Below are positions 1-8,322 of a stretch of 14,037 bases of DNA, one piece after another. The notes under the pieces are model-generated. The model saw nothing but the letters and a program-made list of their open reading frames with translations, was not told the origin of the DNA and did not search any database. The number at the start of each line of letters is the position of its first letter. The first letter of the stretch is position 1. The position numbers and the translations under genes were made by a program. Source of the DNA: Candidatus Undinarchaeota archaeon. Lineage in GTDB: Archaea > SpSt-1190. The stretch covers positions 1 to 14,037 of the forward strand of contig CAZJUS010000021.1 of assembly GCA_964549355.1 (NCBI GenBank), written 5' to 3'.

Positions 1-1
1 C

Positions 2-508
2 GATGTTTCTGTTGCGGAGGCGCACAGATACCTTCAGGCATTGTCCGCAGAAGATGACATCTCCGCACTGAAGTCGCAGATAATCGGCTTCAGCAGGGCT
101 TCGTCAAGGCCTTCGGCCAAGCTCTCGGTGGAGTGCCTTTCCATAAAAAGCGAACCTCTCTTTTCATATCGCTTTAATGAGGGCGGGATGAAAATTGAAG
201 TAGCCAAAGCCGGGAAGGTGCTGGTTTCCAAAGGATACTCTATTCCTGAGCTTCTTGAATACTTTTCACCCTTCATGGGTTATGCAGAGGAAATTGGAAT
301 GGCTGTTTCCAGACCCTGTTTTATTGCAGGGCTCTGCGAGTTCAAGCCCATGAAGCCCGGTAGTGGCCTGCTGATGCCCAGCACTTACTACCATGTCGTA
401 TCCCGTGGAGAAGACGGCGTCCGCGGGGCCATTTGCAGGCAGTCGGATGGCAGGACCGCCAGGAAACTTTTAGAAATTGTTAAAAGCTACCAACAATACA
501 GTTTGTAA
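2..508 (+). CDS. Hypothetical protein, 5'-truncated by the window edge
   Basis: The frame of ORF 41..508 is open back to position 2 (DVSVAEAHRYLQALSAEDDI...) and ends at TAA 506-508. No recognisable motif. Confidence 0.7.
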   Translation, partial: DVSVAEAHRYLQALSAEDDISALKSQIIGFSRASSRPSAKLSVECLSIKSEPLFSYRFNEGGMKIEVAKAGKVLVSKGYSIPELLEYFSPFMGYAEEIGMAVSRPCFIAGLCEFKPMKPGSGLLMPSTYYHVVSRGEDGVRGAICRQSDGRTARKLLEIVKSYQQYSL

Positions 509-517
509 GGGGTTTGA

Positions 518-721
518 ATGGGGTATGATGCAAAAATTTCAGAGTACGACAAGCATCATGAGAGGTACACCCCTGACAATGAACCTTTGCTTTTTTACAG
601 GCATAACCTTGAAAAAGACGGAGGAGAATTTATCCAGAATTCCCCTCCTGCCCGGAAAGAAACCTTGTTTGAAGAGCTTCTCCGCGAGAAAAAGTTTACT
701 GTGGTTGAGTCTGAAGACTGA
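518..721 (+). CDS. Small hydrophilic hypothetical protein (67 aa)
   Basis: ATG 9 nt after the upstream stop, preceded by SD-like AAGGGGT. Fills the gap between two co-oriented genes. Confidence 0.6.
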   Translation: MGYDAKISEYDKHHERYTPDNEPLLFYRHNLEKDGGEFIQNSPPARKETLFEELLREKKFTVVESED

Positions 722-759
722 CTTTTTGTCCATTCTGAAAGTAGAAAAAGATATAAGTT

Positions 760-2898
760 ATGTTTGACTTGGACTTTATGTCCTCGGCAATAAGCCAGCT
801 GAAGTCCCAATTTAAGGACCCCCGCGCTGGAGATAATTTTGTTGACCTGATTTCCAAAAAATTTCCTGTATTCTATGAAAGAAGGGTTGTGGAGAAGGAA
901 ATTCCCCAAGCACTGCAACAGGTGGCAAAAAAAGAGACCCGGAATTATGCTTTGACTGTTTCCAAAAGTTTTGAAGGGGATTACTACATTTCCGTTTCCC
1001 TGAAAGGCAAGGCACTGAAGAAGTTCCGAGACGCAGAGGACCTAAAACCGCTGGCTGAAGATGCTGTTGCCCAGGAGGTAATGAAGGACGGGCTTGCCGG
1101 CCAGTACGTGGACATGCTGAGGGCCAGAGGCCCTGAGAGGTTTGAGAAAGCAAAAACATTGCAGAAACGCCTCGAGGCGACTTTCAAAAGGACCCTGAAA
1201 AAGAGGAAAGCATACCGCGAATACACCCGCAGAAGCAAAGAATCAATGGAAGCTGTGGCTTCGTTTTCAGGCAAAGCGACTGACGATGCATGCAGACTCT
1301 TGGATGGTACATGGAGAAACGACCTCATCAACGGCAAAAAACCGCACGTTTACATTTATGGCGATTCGTCCGCGTCCGAGGATTTAGTTGATGTAATTGG
1401 GGAGCGGATCAAAGGCAAAGCAAAGCAGACCAGCCACAAAAAACCTGAAGATTATCTGAAGAAGAAGAAAGTGTTTGCAAAAGGCGCACTGCCCCTTGCT
1501 GCCGGCGCCATAGCAGTGTTTGTAGGTGCCACAGCATATCTGGCTTACCGCTACAGGTGGGCCGGCAATATGGCAGCCCAGAAGCTGGAGGAAATCCACA
1601 ACCTGAACATGGTTATTGACAGCCTCCAGGACGAGATGGGGGACGCATACCAGGGCTTCGGCGGCAAGCTCCAGCTTTTCTTTGACCTTATGTTCGGCAG
1701 GAACCAGGAATTGCTGGACAGGGCCAACCAGCTTATTGCAGATTCGCAGGACAAAGTCGACCTCAACCACAACGGAGAAATCGACTACACCGACAGCAAC
1801 GGGGACGGAGTGGTCGACAATGACTTGGACGGCGACGGCAATCCGGATATTGATTTAACCAATGGAGACATACTTGACGACGATGCCCCGATTAATTGGT
1901 ACGCCCTCGCAAGACTCCTTGTTGAGGATCTTGACTACAGAGAAGATTGGGGGATTAATTTAGCATACGCAGACTTCAAAGAAGCCTTCGCCAACTGGAA
2001 CTCCGCCCACTTCCTCATTGACGTCGCCAGCTCACTTGCAGTAGACCTCGACGGCGACGGCAAGCCCGACTACCAGATAACCAAAGACGAAGTGACAGGC
2101 GAATGGTCCATGACCGGGAGCAACGACCTCAACGGCAACGGGGTCCCCGACCTGCTTGTGACCACTGATGCCGAAGGCAATCCCGTCTACCACATAAATG
2201 ACCTCACAGCACTTCCAAAATTCATATCTTTCATGGGCCAAGCCTATGACAACCTGAGTGACGCATCCCAGCAGATTTACGACAAATACCTCGAATATGT
2301 AGCGGAATACAGGGACAAAGTCGACCTCAACCACAACGGAGAAATCGACTACACCGACAGCAACGGGGACGGAGTGGTCGACAATGACTTGGACGGCGAC
2401 GGCAATCCGGATATTGATTTAACCAATGGAGACATACTTGACGACGATGCCCCGATTAATTGGTACGCCCTCGCAAGACTCCTTGTTGAGGATCTTGACT
2501 ACAGAGAAGATTGGGGGATTAATTTAGCATACGCAGACTTCAAAGAAGCCTTCGCCAACTACAACCAAGGCCTCGACAACCTCGAAACCTACAACAACTT
2601 CCAGGCTGCACTGACTTCAGCATACCAGCACATCCAGGACTCGCAGATGTACAAAGACATAGTCGATCAGAAAATGGCAGCCATCCAGGTCGCAAACGAA
2701 GCCATTGCAAGCTACACTGAAGAGCGGGAGGACTTCCTTGCACAGGAGAAGAACTTCCTCAAGTGGTTCACAGGCTTCAAGTATGCGACTGCAGCGGCAA
2801 CTGCTGTTGGAACACTGGCTTCTGCCCTTACCAGAAAGAGCATGGCGCCCCAGTATCTGGTCTCCCAGAACCTGCTCAGTGTGGTGAGAGCAAAGTAA
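760..2898 (+). CDS. 712-aa membrane protein: basic N-terminal region, TM helix, acidic domain with Dx[DN]xDG Ca-binding-like loops (82-aa module duplicated), C-terminal hydrophobic helix
   Basis: Long ORF. Hydrophobic segment GALPLAAGAIAVFVGATAYLAY (about aa 242-263) follows KKKK. Motifs DLNHNG, DSNGDG, DLDGDG and DLNGNG are present. C-terminal segment YATAAATAVGTLASAL. Confidence 0.85.
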   Translation: MFDLDFMSSAISQLKSQFKDPRAGDNFVDLISKKFPVFYERRVVEKEIPQALQQVAKKETRNYALTVSKSFEGDYYISVSLKGKALKKFRDAEDLKPLAEDAVAQEVMKDGLAGQYVDMLRARGPERFEKAKTLQKRLEATFKRTLKKRKAYREYTRRSKESMEAVASFSGKATDDACRLLDGTWRNDLINGKKPHVYIYGDSSASEDLVDVIGERIKGKAKQTSHKKPEDYLKKKKVFAKGALPLAAGAIAVFVGATAYLAYRYRWAGNMAAQKLEEIHNLNMVIDSLQDEMGDAYQGFGGKLQLFFDLMFGRNQELLDRANQLIADSQDKVDLNHNGEIDYTDSNGDGVVDNDLDGDGNPDIDLTNGDILDDDAPINWYALARLLVEDLDYREDWGINLAYADFKEAFANWNSAHFLIDVASSLAVDLDGDGKPDYQITKDEVTGEWSMTGSNDLNGNGVPDLLVTTDAEGNPVYHINDLTALPKFISFMGQAYDNLSDASQQIYDKYLEYVAEYRDKVDLNHNGEIDYTDSNGDGVVDNDLDGDGNPDIDLTNGDILDDDAPINWYALARLLVEDLDYREDWGINLAYADFKEAFANYNQGLDNLETYNNFQAALTSAYQHIQDSQMYKDIVDQKMAAIQVANEAIASYTEEREDFLAQEKNFLKWFTGFKYATAAATAVGTLASALTRKSMAPQYLVSQNLLSVVRAK
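1749..2560 (+). repeat. Perfect 248-bp intragenic direct repeat (1749-1996 and 2313-2560; offset 564 bp, in frame)
   Basis: Base-by-base reading found no mismatch between the copies. They encode aa 331-412 and aa 519-600. Confidence 0.95.
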
Positions 2899-2924
2899 AA
2901 ATACGCCCGTAGCTTATTTTTTAT

Positions 2925-5900
2925 GTGGAAAGGAAAGCGGTAGCTCTTGTTTTGTTTTTTATATTCTCTCTTTGTGCAGTTTGGGGGTTGGGTTATCGAA
3001 CATTTGAACCTGCGGGGTATTACAGATGTGTTGATTGTGATGCGGATGATTGTTCTAATGACCATCTTGAAGGGGATTATGATGGTTGCACTGTTATTTC
3101 CTCTTATGGTTGTGAAGGCATCAGCAGTCATAGTTACAATTGTGATACTCCTTCTACCTGCTCTTCAACTTATGAGGATGATTTAGTTTCAAAAGGAAAT
3201 TTTTATTATTACTGCACAAACTACGACCAGACTTCCAACTACGTCTGGAAAACCTGCTATGAGGACACCGTTGCCGGGGACTGGTATTCCAACACTTTGG
3301 CATGCATTAGCAACACTGGAACGTTGAAGAACTGCAACGGCAATTATGGAACCGATATGTCCGTCTGCGATTCTATCACCGTCGGGACAACGACATTGTA
3401 TTGTGCCGGGACAGTCTCCGACGGTTCCGTGGTCGCGGATAAATTCTCCACAAGCATCCCTGGTTCCGGCTCCTATGCAAAAATGAATCCGGATGGAACA
3501 TCATACGGATGCTGTGCAGACACCCAGTGCTGGACAGGCTCGGCCTGCGTCTCAACAGGAAAATACTATTGGGATTCTGCAGGCCAGGGGCTGAGCAAAT
3601 GCGGAGGCTCCCCTGCCGGCTGGAGTTCTTATTCCGGCTCCTTCTGCGGCGATTCGGTTTCCAGTTCAATCATTGTCAATTACAACGATGACTTGTACTG
3701 GGATGGAGAAGGATGGACAGAAAGCCCCGACGGCGACAAATGCACAGGCCTCTGTTCCGGAACATGGCTGAATCTTGATGGCGTTTCCTCCACCTTTAAG
3801 GATAACTGTTGTGGTGATGATGAGGGCGAGGATTTTGCCCTTGGAGGCCAGCAATACCTATGCTACAACGGAGTCGCCAAAGAATGCGGAACGGAGCCGT
3901 GCGGAAGGTCATTTGGTATTTCAGAAACCACTTACTACTGCAACACCAACAACAACCAATGGACGCAAGACGACTGGTTTAGTATAAATGGTGACGATTC
4001 AACATCCGCATGCTGTGATGATGCCGATGATTGTGTTTCATCTTCAATTTGTTATAATAACAGATACACTCTTGGCACTCAACAATGCGTCGGAGGCGTG
4101 TGGAAAAAAGTGAACGGGCAGGCATGCAGTTCGGGCGACGAGTGCGCGTCCGGGCGTTGCATTGCGGACTATTTGGATGGGAGTCAGTATTGCACGTCTG
4201 ACAGCAGTTGCCCCCATATGGAAGAAGATGTTGTATTTTATTCTCTGGATACTCATAAATGTAAAGACACGTCGACGCAGGTAACTTGTGGATCAGATGG
4301 ATGGACTGAGAGCTCCTGTTCATCCACAATCCAATCAGATACTGATGGCGGCGACTTTCCTTTGGTTGCGGGCAAGCTGGTTTCTCCAGGCAGTTGCAAC
4401 AGCGATAGCGGAACCTGTGAAAGCGATTATGATGTCCCTGATACTTGTTCTGAGACTGGAGAATTGACTGAACAAACTTTAAGTGGGTCGAAACAGTATT
4501 CCTGTTCAGATTGGACAGGCTGCTGGAAAACCTACTACAACACCAGTTCCTGTGAAGAAACAAACGGGCTTGGTTATTGCTATGTTGTCCAGAGGGATCT
4601 GGATACTGATACTAAATATTGTAGTGAGTGCGGATTCAATGTATATGGCAGTATTTGCTGTGGCGACGATTCAGGGGAAAGATACGTCCAGAGTGATTTG
4701 GACGGTTCCTTTGCATGCTGTTTCTCCAGTGATTGCTGTGTAATAAATTCGGCAACTGAAACTCAAAGCGATATTGTTGATTATGAGGGTAAAAGGTATA
4801 CCTGCGATGGAGCTAAATGGCTTTTTGAATGCAATCTTGAAAAGACGGCCTGTTCATACGACAGCGACTGCTGCCAAGGGTCCTGTTCGCTTTCGTATGG
4901 AGGTTCAAAGGCATGTTGTCCGGGTGCGGAATGCTGGACCGGGGATTACTGTGTCCCTGAGAGCACAAAAGTATCCAATGACCGGTATCTCTGCAATGCT
5001 TCCCAGTGGGCGGACGCTTCCGCGGGAAACTGCCAGAGGATTCCGCTGACTTATACCTATTACTCTCTCTCCGGTGCGTGGGTTTATGCCACCCAAGCCT
5101 ATGCTACATGCTCTGATGCATGCACCGACCTTGGCGGTGCATGGAAAGACGGCGAAGTCATCAGCGGTTCTAGATGCTGTGTCTCCGATTCCAAAGAGTC
5201 GCTGCTCCAGCTGACAGGGGACCAATCACTCTGCGACGGCTCTTTGTGGATTGATGCGTCTTCCCCCGGGGACGACCCCCGGGCGGTCTACGGCAGGTAC
5301 ATTTCCGACGGCTCCGAATGGCATAAATGCACAACAGAAGGCGATGAAATTTCGGTTGGCGGTGTGGATTATGTGTGCGAAAGCGGCGCCTGGCAGAATA
5401 TGGTGTGCGAAGGCCAGGGCGATGAGTTTAAGACCACATGCAAAACATGTAACGGCACGTGGCTTGGCCTGGGCGGGAGCGAAAACTGCTGTGGCAACAA
5501 TGTGATGGACGAGTTCCTGATATCCGGAAGCGGGGACGCCCAACTCTGTTTCGGCTCCCAGGGGGTTTTGGAATGCACTTCAACCACCACATGCGATGCT
5601 GTGAGCTTTTCGGATGGGACAACCTATTACTGTTTTGGAAACAAGTGGAGTAAAAATAGTAATTTCGGCGGGAGTGTGTACAAGGAATACGGAGGCACCG
5701 GAGGCTGCTGCGGAGCGGGCCAATGCTGGGACGGCACCGCATGTGTCGATGAAGGCAGCTACGGCGACAGGCTCTGCGTCGGCGGCTCCTGGATAGCCTG
5801 CAATGAGTCTACTCTCTGCAGTTCCCTGACGGCTTCCTTTGGGACTTATTACTGCACCGACACCGGCTGGGACGAATCCGAGGAACTTTTGTGCGGCATC

Positions 5901-7139
5901 CAGACAGGAGTCTGCCAGGACGGCGCCTGCAGGAAATGCGGGACCGATTTTGAGGTGGGGGATGTGGTCGAAGGCTACCTTTGTTCTTCAGCCGGCATCT
6001 TCACTACGGGATGCGTAGGTGATGTTGACTGCACTGCAGGGACTGAATGCCAGAAAGGCATCTGCTCGAACGGCCAGTGCGTCTATGAGAGCCTGCCCTG
6101 CGGGGCCACCTGCTCGGCAGGCATCTGCGATGGTGCCGGCGCCTGCTCGCCGAAACTCGGTGCGGGTGCAGGATGTGCCTGCAATGAGCTTTGCGATGAA
6201 GGCCTGTTCTGCGGTGAGGGGTTGTGCAGAATGTCCGACACCTGCGGGGACGGCGTCTGCCAGGCCGGCGAATGCTCCGCATGCCCGCAGGACTGCACCC
6301 TGGAGCAGTGCCTGGACGACGGCACATGCAACACCCTGATAGGAGAGAACTGCAGGAACAGCGCCGACTGCTCCTGCTACAGTGCATCGTGCGACCCCGG
6401 CAACCCAAAAGCAGACTCAAGGGGGTGCTTCGCCAATATCTGCGGGAACGGGGTGTGCGAGCCCGGCGAGTGCTCGAACTGTGTTTCGGACTGCACCAAG
6501 GAAGACTGCAGGGGCAACGGCGAGTGCGACCTTATCATGGGCGAGACTTGTGCGGACAACCCGGACGAATGCTTCTGCAACCTTTCAGTCGCTGATGTGA
6601 GCTATGTCGATATGGAAATCGGGCAGTACGGAACTGTAACTTTGACTTTGGAGAACACCGGCAATGTGCCGATGGTGGTTGATTTGGATTTGGTTGCGCC
6701 CGGCATTGAGACTGTCCTGATGGGGAGCAGGCACAAGCAGATAAACCCGGGGGATACCAAGGATATAGAGATAAAGGCGAAGGCCCTCAGCAAAGGGAGC
6801 TACAGCATCAATGTCTTTGCGACCGGCAGCCAGGTGCAGGACCTCAATGTGGGCGAAGTTGCCATCCAGGTTGCGTCTTCGAATTTCCTGGCCGACATGT
6901 ACAACTCATTCAAAGGGACCAAGCTTTACAGCACCGTCTTCGAGCCGTTTGAATTCATATTTGGTGTCGCAGGGATATTAGGCACGATGTTCGGTGTCTG
7001 GAGATACGTGGCTTCCAAAGTCAGCAATCCAAGTCCTTATGTAGGATACAGGAGGCCGTATACTGGAAGCAACTATTACAGGGGCTACTACTACCGCCAG
7101 GGCGGGCAGTTCCGGGGCTACTACCGGCAGTTCAAGTGA
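2925..7139 (+). CDS. 1404-aa cysteine-rich cell-surface protein: signal peptide, disulfide-rich repeats, Ig-like (CARDB/NEW3-like) domain, C-terminal TM anchor, Tyr/Arg/Gly-rich tail
   Basis: GTG start with signal peptide MERKAVALVLFFIFSLCAVWG. Repeated CCxxxxCWxGxxCV, CCGDD and CGDGVC/CGNGVC...CxxDC motifs. Beta-sandwich pattern VTLTLENTGN...INPGDTK...GSYSINV. TM FIFGVAGILGTMFGVWRYV. Confidence 0.9.
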   Translation: MERKAVALVLFFIFSLCAVWGLGYRTFEPAGYYRCVDCDADDCSNDHLEGDYDGCTVISSYGCEGISSHSYNCDTPSTCSSTYEDDLVSKGNFYYYCTNYDQTSNYVWKTCYEDTVAGDWYSNTLACISNTGTLKNCNGNYGTDMSVCDSITVGTTTLYCAGTVSDGSVVADKFSTSIPGSGSYAKMNPDGTSYGCCADTQCWTGSACVSTGKYYWDSAGQGLSKCGGSPAGWSSYSGSFCGDSVSSSIIVNYNDDLYWDGEGWTESPDGDKCTGLCSGTWLNLDGVSSTFKDNCCGDDEGEDFALGGQQYLCYNGVAKECGTEPCGRSFGISETTYYCNTNNNQWTQDDWFSINGDDSTSACCDDADDCVSSSICYNNRYTLGTQQCVGGVWKKVNGQACSSGDECASGRCIADYLDGSQYCTSDSSCPHMEEDVVFYSLDTHKCKDTSTQVTCGSDGWTESSCSSTIQSDTDGGDFPLVAGKLVSPGSCNSDSGTCESDYDVPDTCSETGELTEQTLSGSKQYSCSDWTGCWKTYYNTSSCEETNGLGYCYVVQRDLDTDTKYCSECGFNVYGSICCGDDSGERYVQSDLDGSFACCFSSDCCVINSATETQSDIVDYEGKRYTCDGAKWLFECNLEKTACSYDSDCCQGSCSLSYGGSKACCPGAECWTGDYCVPESTKVSNDRYLCNASQWADASAGNCQRIPLTYTYYSLSGAWVYATQAYATCSDACTDLGGAWKDGEVISGSRCCVSDSKESLLQLTGDQSLCDGSLWIDASSPGDDPRAVYGRYISDGSEWHKCTTEGDEISVGGVDYVCESGAWQNMVCEGQGDEFKTTCKTCNGTWLGLGGSENCCGNNVMDEFLISGSGDAQLCFGSQGVLECTSTTTCDAVSFSDGTTYYCFGNKWSKNSNFGGSVYKEYGGTGGCCGAGQCWDGTACVDEGSYGDRLCVGGSWIACNESTLCSSLTASFGTYYCTDTGWDESEELLCGIQTGVCQDGACRKCGTDFEVGDVVEGYLCSSAGIFTTGCVGDVDCTAGTECQKGICSNGQCVYESLPCGATCSAGICDGAGACSPKLGAGAGCACNELCDEGLFCGEGLCRMSDTCGDGVCQAGECSACPQDCTLEQCLDDGTCNTLIGENCRNSADCSCYSASCDPGNPKADSRGCFANICGNGVCEPGECSNCVSDCTKEDCRGNGECDLIMGETCADNPDECFCNLSVADVSYVDMEIGQYGTVTLTLENTGNVPMVVDLDLVAPGIETVLMGSRHKQINPGDTKDIEIKAKALSKGSYSINVFATGSQVQDLNVGEVAIQVASSNFLADMYNSFKGTKLYSTVFEPFEFIFGVAGILGTMFGVWRYVASKVSNPSPYVGYRRPYTGSNYYRGYYYRQGGQFRGYYRQFK

Positions 7140-7682
7140 TTATGCCCTGCCCGTCAGCGCCCTCCAGTTGCTTTCGTATTCTTTGAATTTTCGGTCGAAG
7201 ACTTCCTTGGGCGTGGGGCTGATGCCGAGCTCCTCCATCTTCCGGCCCAGCAGCTCCAGGCTGGCCTGCTTCTCCTCCGCAGGGCAGAGCTTTTCGAGCT
7301 CGATTATATGGCCGTATCCCCTTGTGAAGTCCAGGCATACTGTGATGCCTTCCCACAAAAACATATTCCTCTGCCGGAACCATTTGATTTTCACCTTGTG
7401 CCCCAGAGCTTCAAAGATTTTCTGGAGTTTGGGGAAATCATCCCTGTCCACCACTACCTCCACTTCCTCCCGGGCGTCTTCGTGCATCCTCCCGCCCTTC
7501 ATCCAGATTTTTGAGAACCCTCTGCTCTGCTGTATCCGGACATCCGCCGGGCCGTCGAAGTAGTGGGTCTCCTGCTCGTCCTCGCGGACCAGCTTGGCGT
7601 TGGCCCTGAAAAATTCGAGCAGGCGCCGAAATTCAGCTTCCGAGACAAAGCTTCGGACTTCGGCTTCTACAACTTCAGCCAT
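7140..7682 (-). CDS. CYTH-domain protein (class IV adenylate cyclase / triphosphate tunnel metalloenzyme family)
   Basis: N-terminal EAEVR (ExExK-like), QETHYF, REEVEV and LDFTRGYGHIIELE motifs. 180 aa. Its stop abuts the stop of the convergent gene. Confidence 0.9.
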   Translation of the reverse strand: MAEVVEAEVRSFVSEAEFRRLLEFFRANAKLVREDEQETHYFDGPADVRIQQSRGFSKIWMKGGRMHEDAREEVEVVVDRDDFPKLQKIFEALGHKVKIKWFRQRNMFLWEGITVCLDFTRGYGHIIELEKLCPAEEKQASLELLGRKMEELGISPTPKEVFDRKFKEYESNWRALTGRA

Positions 7683-7702
7683 TCCCTGCTTTGGTTTGCC
7701 AG

Positions 7703-7712
7703 TTTTTAAAAA
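7703..7712. promoter_or_regulatory. Palindromic TATA-like box TTTTTAAAAA, possibly serving both the CYTH gene and the tRNA-Ser locus
   Basis: Lies 21-30 nt from the CYTH ATG (7682, - strand) and 22-31 nt upstream of the first tRNA-Ser 5' copy (7734, + strand). Confidence 0.55.
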
Positions 7713-7733
7713 CCACGAGAGCGGTAGAGTCGT

Positions 7734-7850
7734 GCCAGGATGGCTGAGCGGTTCAAACTTTTTAAAAAAGTTTGATCAAAACTTAGCGTGCTGCCGAAGG
7801 CAGCACCCGTATCCAAATTCGCAAATTTGGGCCAGGATGGCTGAGCGGTT
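7734..7850 (+). mobile_element. Putative miniature hairpin element (7754-7830) flanked by a 20-bp duplication of the tRNA-Ser 5' end
   Basis: GCCAGGATGGCTGAGCGGTT occurs at 7734-7753 and 7831-7850. Between them: 29-nt head (7754-7782), hairpin GTGCTGCC-GAA-GGCAGCAC (7788-7806) and hairpin CCAAATT-CGCA-AATTTGG (7813-7830). Confidence 0.6.
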
Positions 7851-7911
7851 AAGGCGCCCGCCTCGAAAGCGGGTCCCTCTGGGATCAGGGGTTCGAATCC
7901 CCTTCCTGGCG
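7831..7911 (+). tRNA. tRNA-Ser(CGA)
   Basis: Acceptor GCCAGGA/TCCTGGC with discriminator G. Anticodon arm CCCGC-CT-CGA-AA-GCGGG. Long variable arm. T arm AGGGG-TTCGAAT-CCCCT. No encoded CCA. Confidence 0.97.
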
Positions 7912-7934
7912 CAACCTTTTTGGAAAAAAGGTTG
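7912..7934 (+). terminator. Hairpin CAACCTTTTT-GGA-AAAAAGGTTG directly after tRNA-Ser (head-like variant; possible terminator)
   Basis: Perfect 10-bp stem containing a T run. Starts immediately after the discriminator base. Confidence 0.5.
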
Positions 7935-7971
7935 AGGTTGCGCATAAATATGTGGAATGCAGAGAAGTTTT

Positions 7972-8277
7972 ATGAGTGATTTCGTCACTGCAATTGTGAA
8001 TACGCCGTATCTGATTGTGCCTGTCTTCCTCTGGCTCTGGCAGGTGGCCAAATTCCCCCGCATGGATGCCAACAAAATCGGCGTCGGGGTGCTGATGACC
8101 TTGTCGGGGCTGTTCATGAACGGACTGGCCAACGCCTTTGCCCCTTACACGGCGGACAGCTGGGGCGTCTTGTTCACAGGCCTCTTCAGCTTCCTTGCAA
8201 TTATCTTGGATGTGCTGGGGCTGGTGGTAATCGGCGTGTTTCTGTTGGTTGAAGCTGTCAATCTCTGGAGATTCTGA
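7972..8277 (+). CDS. Small integral membrane protein (about 3 TM helices), unknown function
   Basis: Almost entirely hydrophobic ORF. ATG 7972 is preferred over 7957 because TATA-like ATAAATA lies about 25 nt upstream of it. Confidence 0.75.
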   Translation: MSDFVTAIVNTPYLIVPVFLWLWQVAKFPRMDANKIGVGVLMTLSGLFMNGLANAFAPYTADSWGVLFTGLFSFLAIILDVLGLVVIGVFLLVEAVNLWRF

Positions 8278-8322
8278 GCCGGCAGGCAAGAAGGCTTAAA
8301 TCTCTGCAGGGGTGGAGCTCCC

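Noticed and set aside
477..767. 96-aa alternative-frame ORF
   Set aside because: It overlaps both neighbours. 518-721 fits the gap with an SD-like site and is preferred.
1749..2560. 248-bp repeat pair as a DGR template/variable repeat
   Set aside because: The copies are identical with no adenine-specific differences, both are in-frame coding, and no reverse transcriptase is nearby.
7754..7850. Insert as a D-loop tRNA intron or split tRNA
   Set aside because: I could not build a bulge-helix-bulge at the junctions, and the downstream gene is complete without splicing.
7594..8289. ORFs crossing tRNA-Ser (7594-7935, 7706-7945, 7776-8132, 7885-8289)
   Set aside because: They overlap a confident tRNA and better-supported genes.
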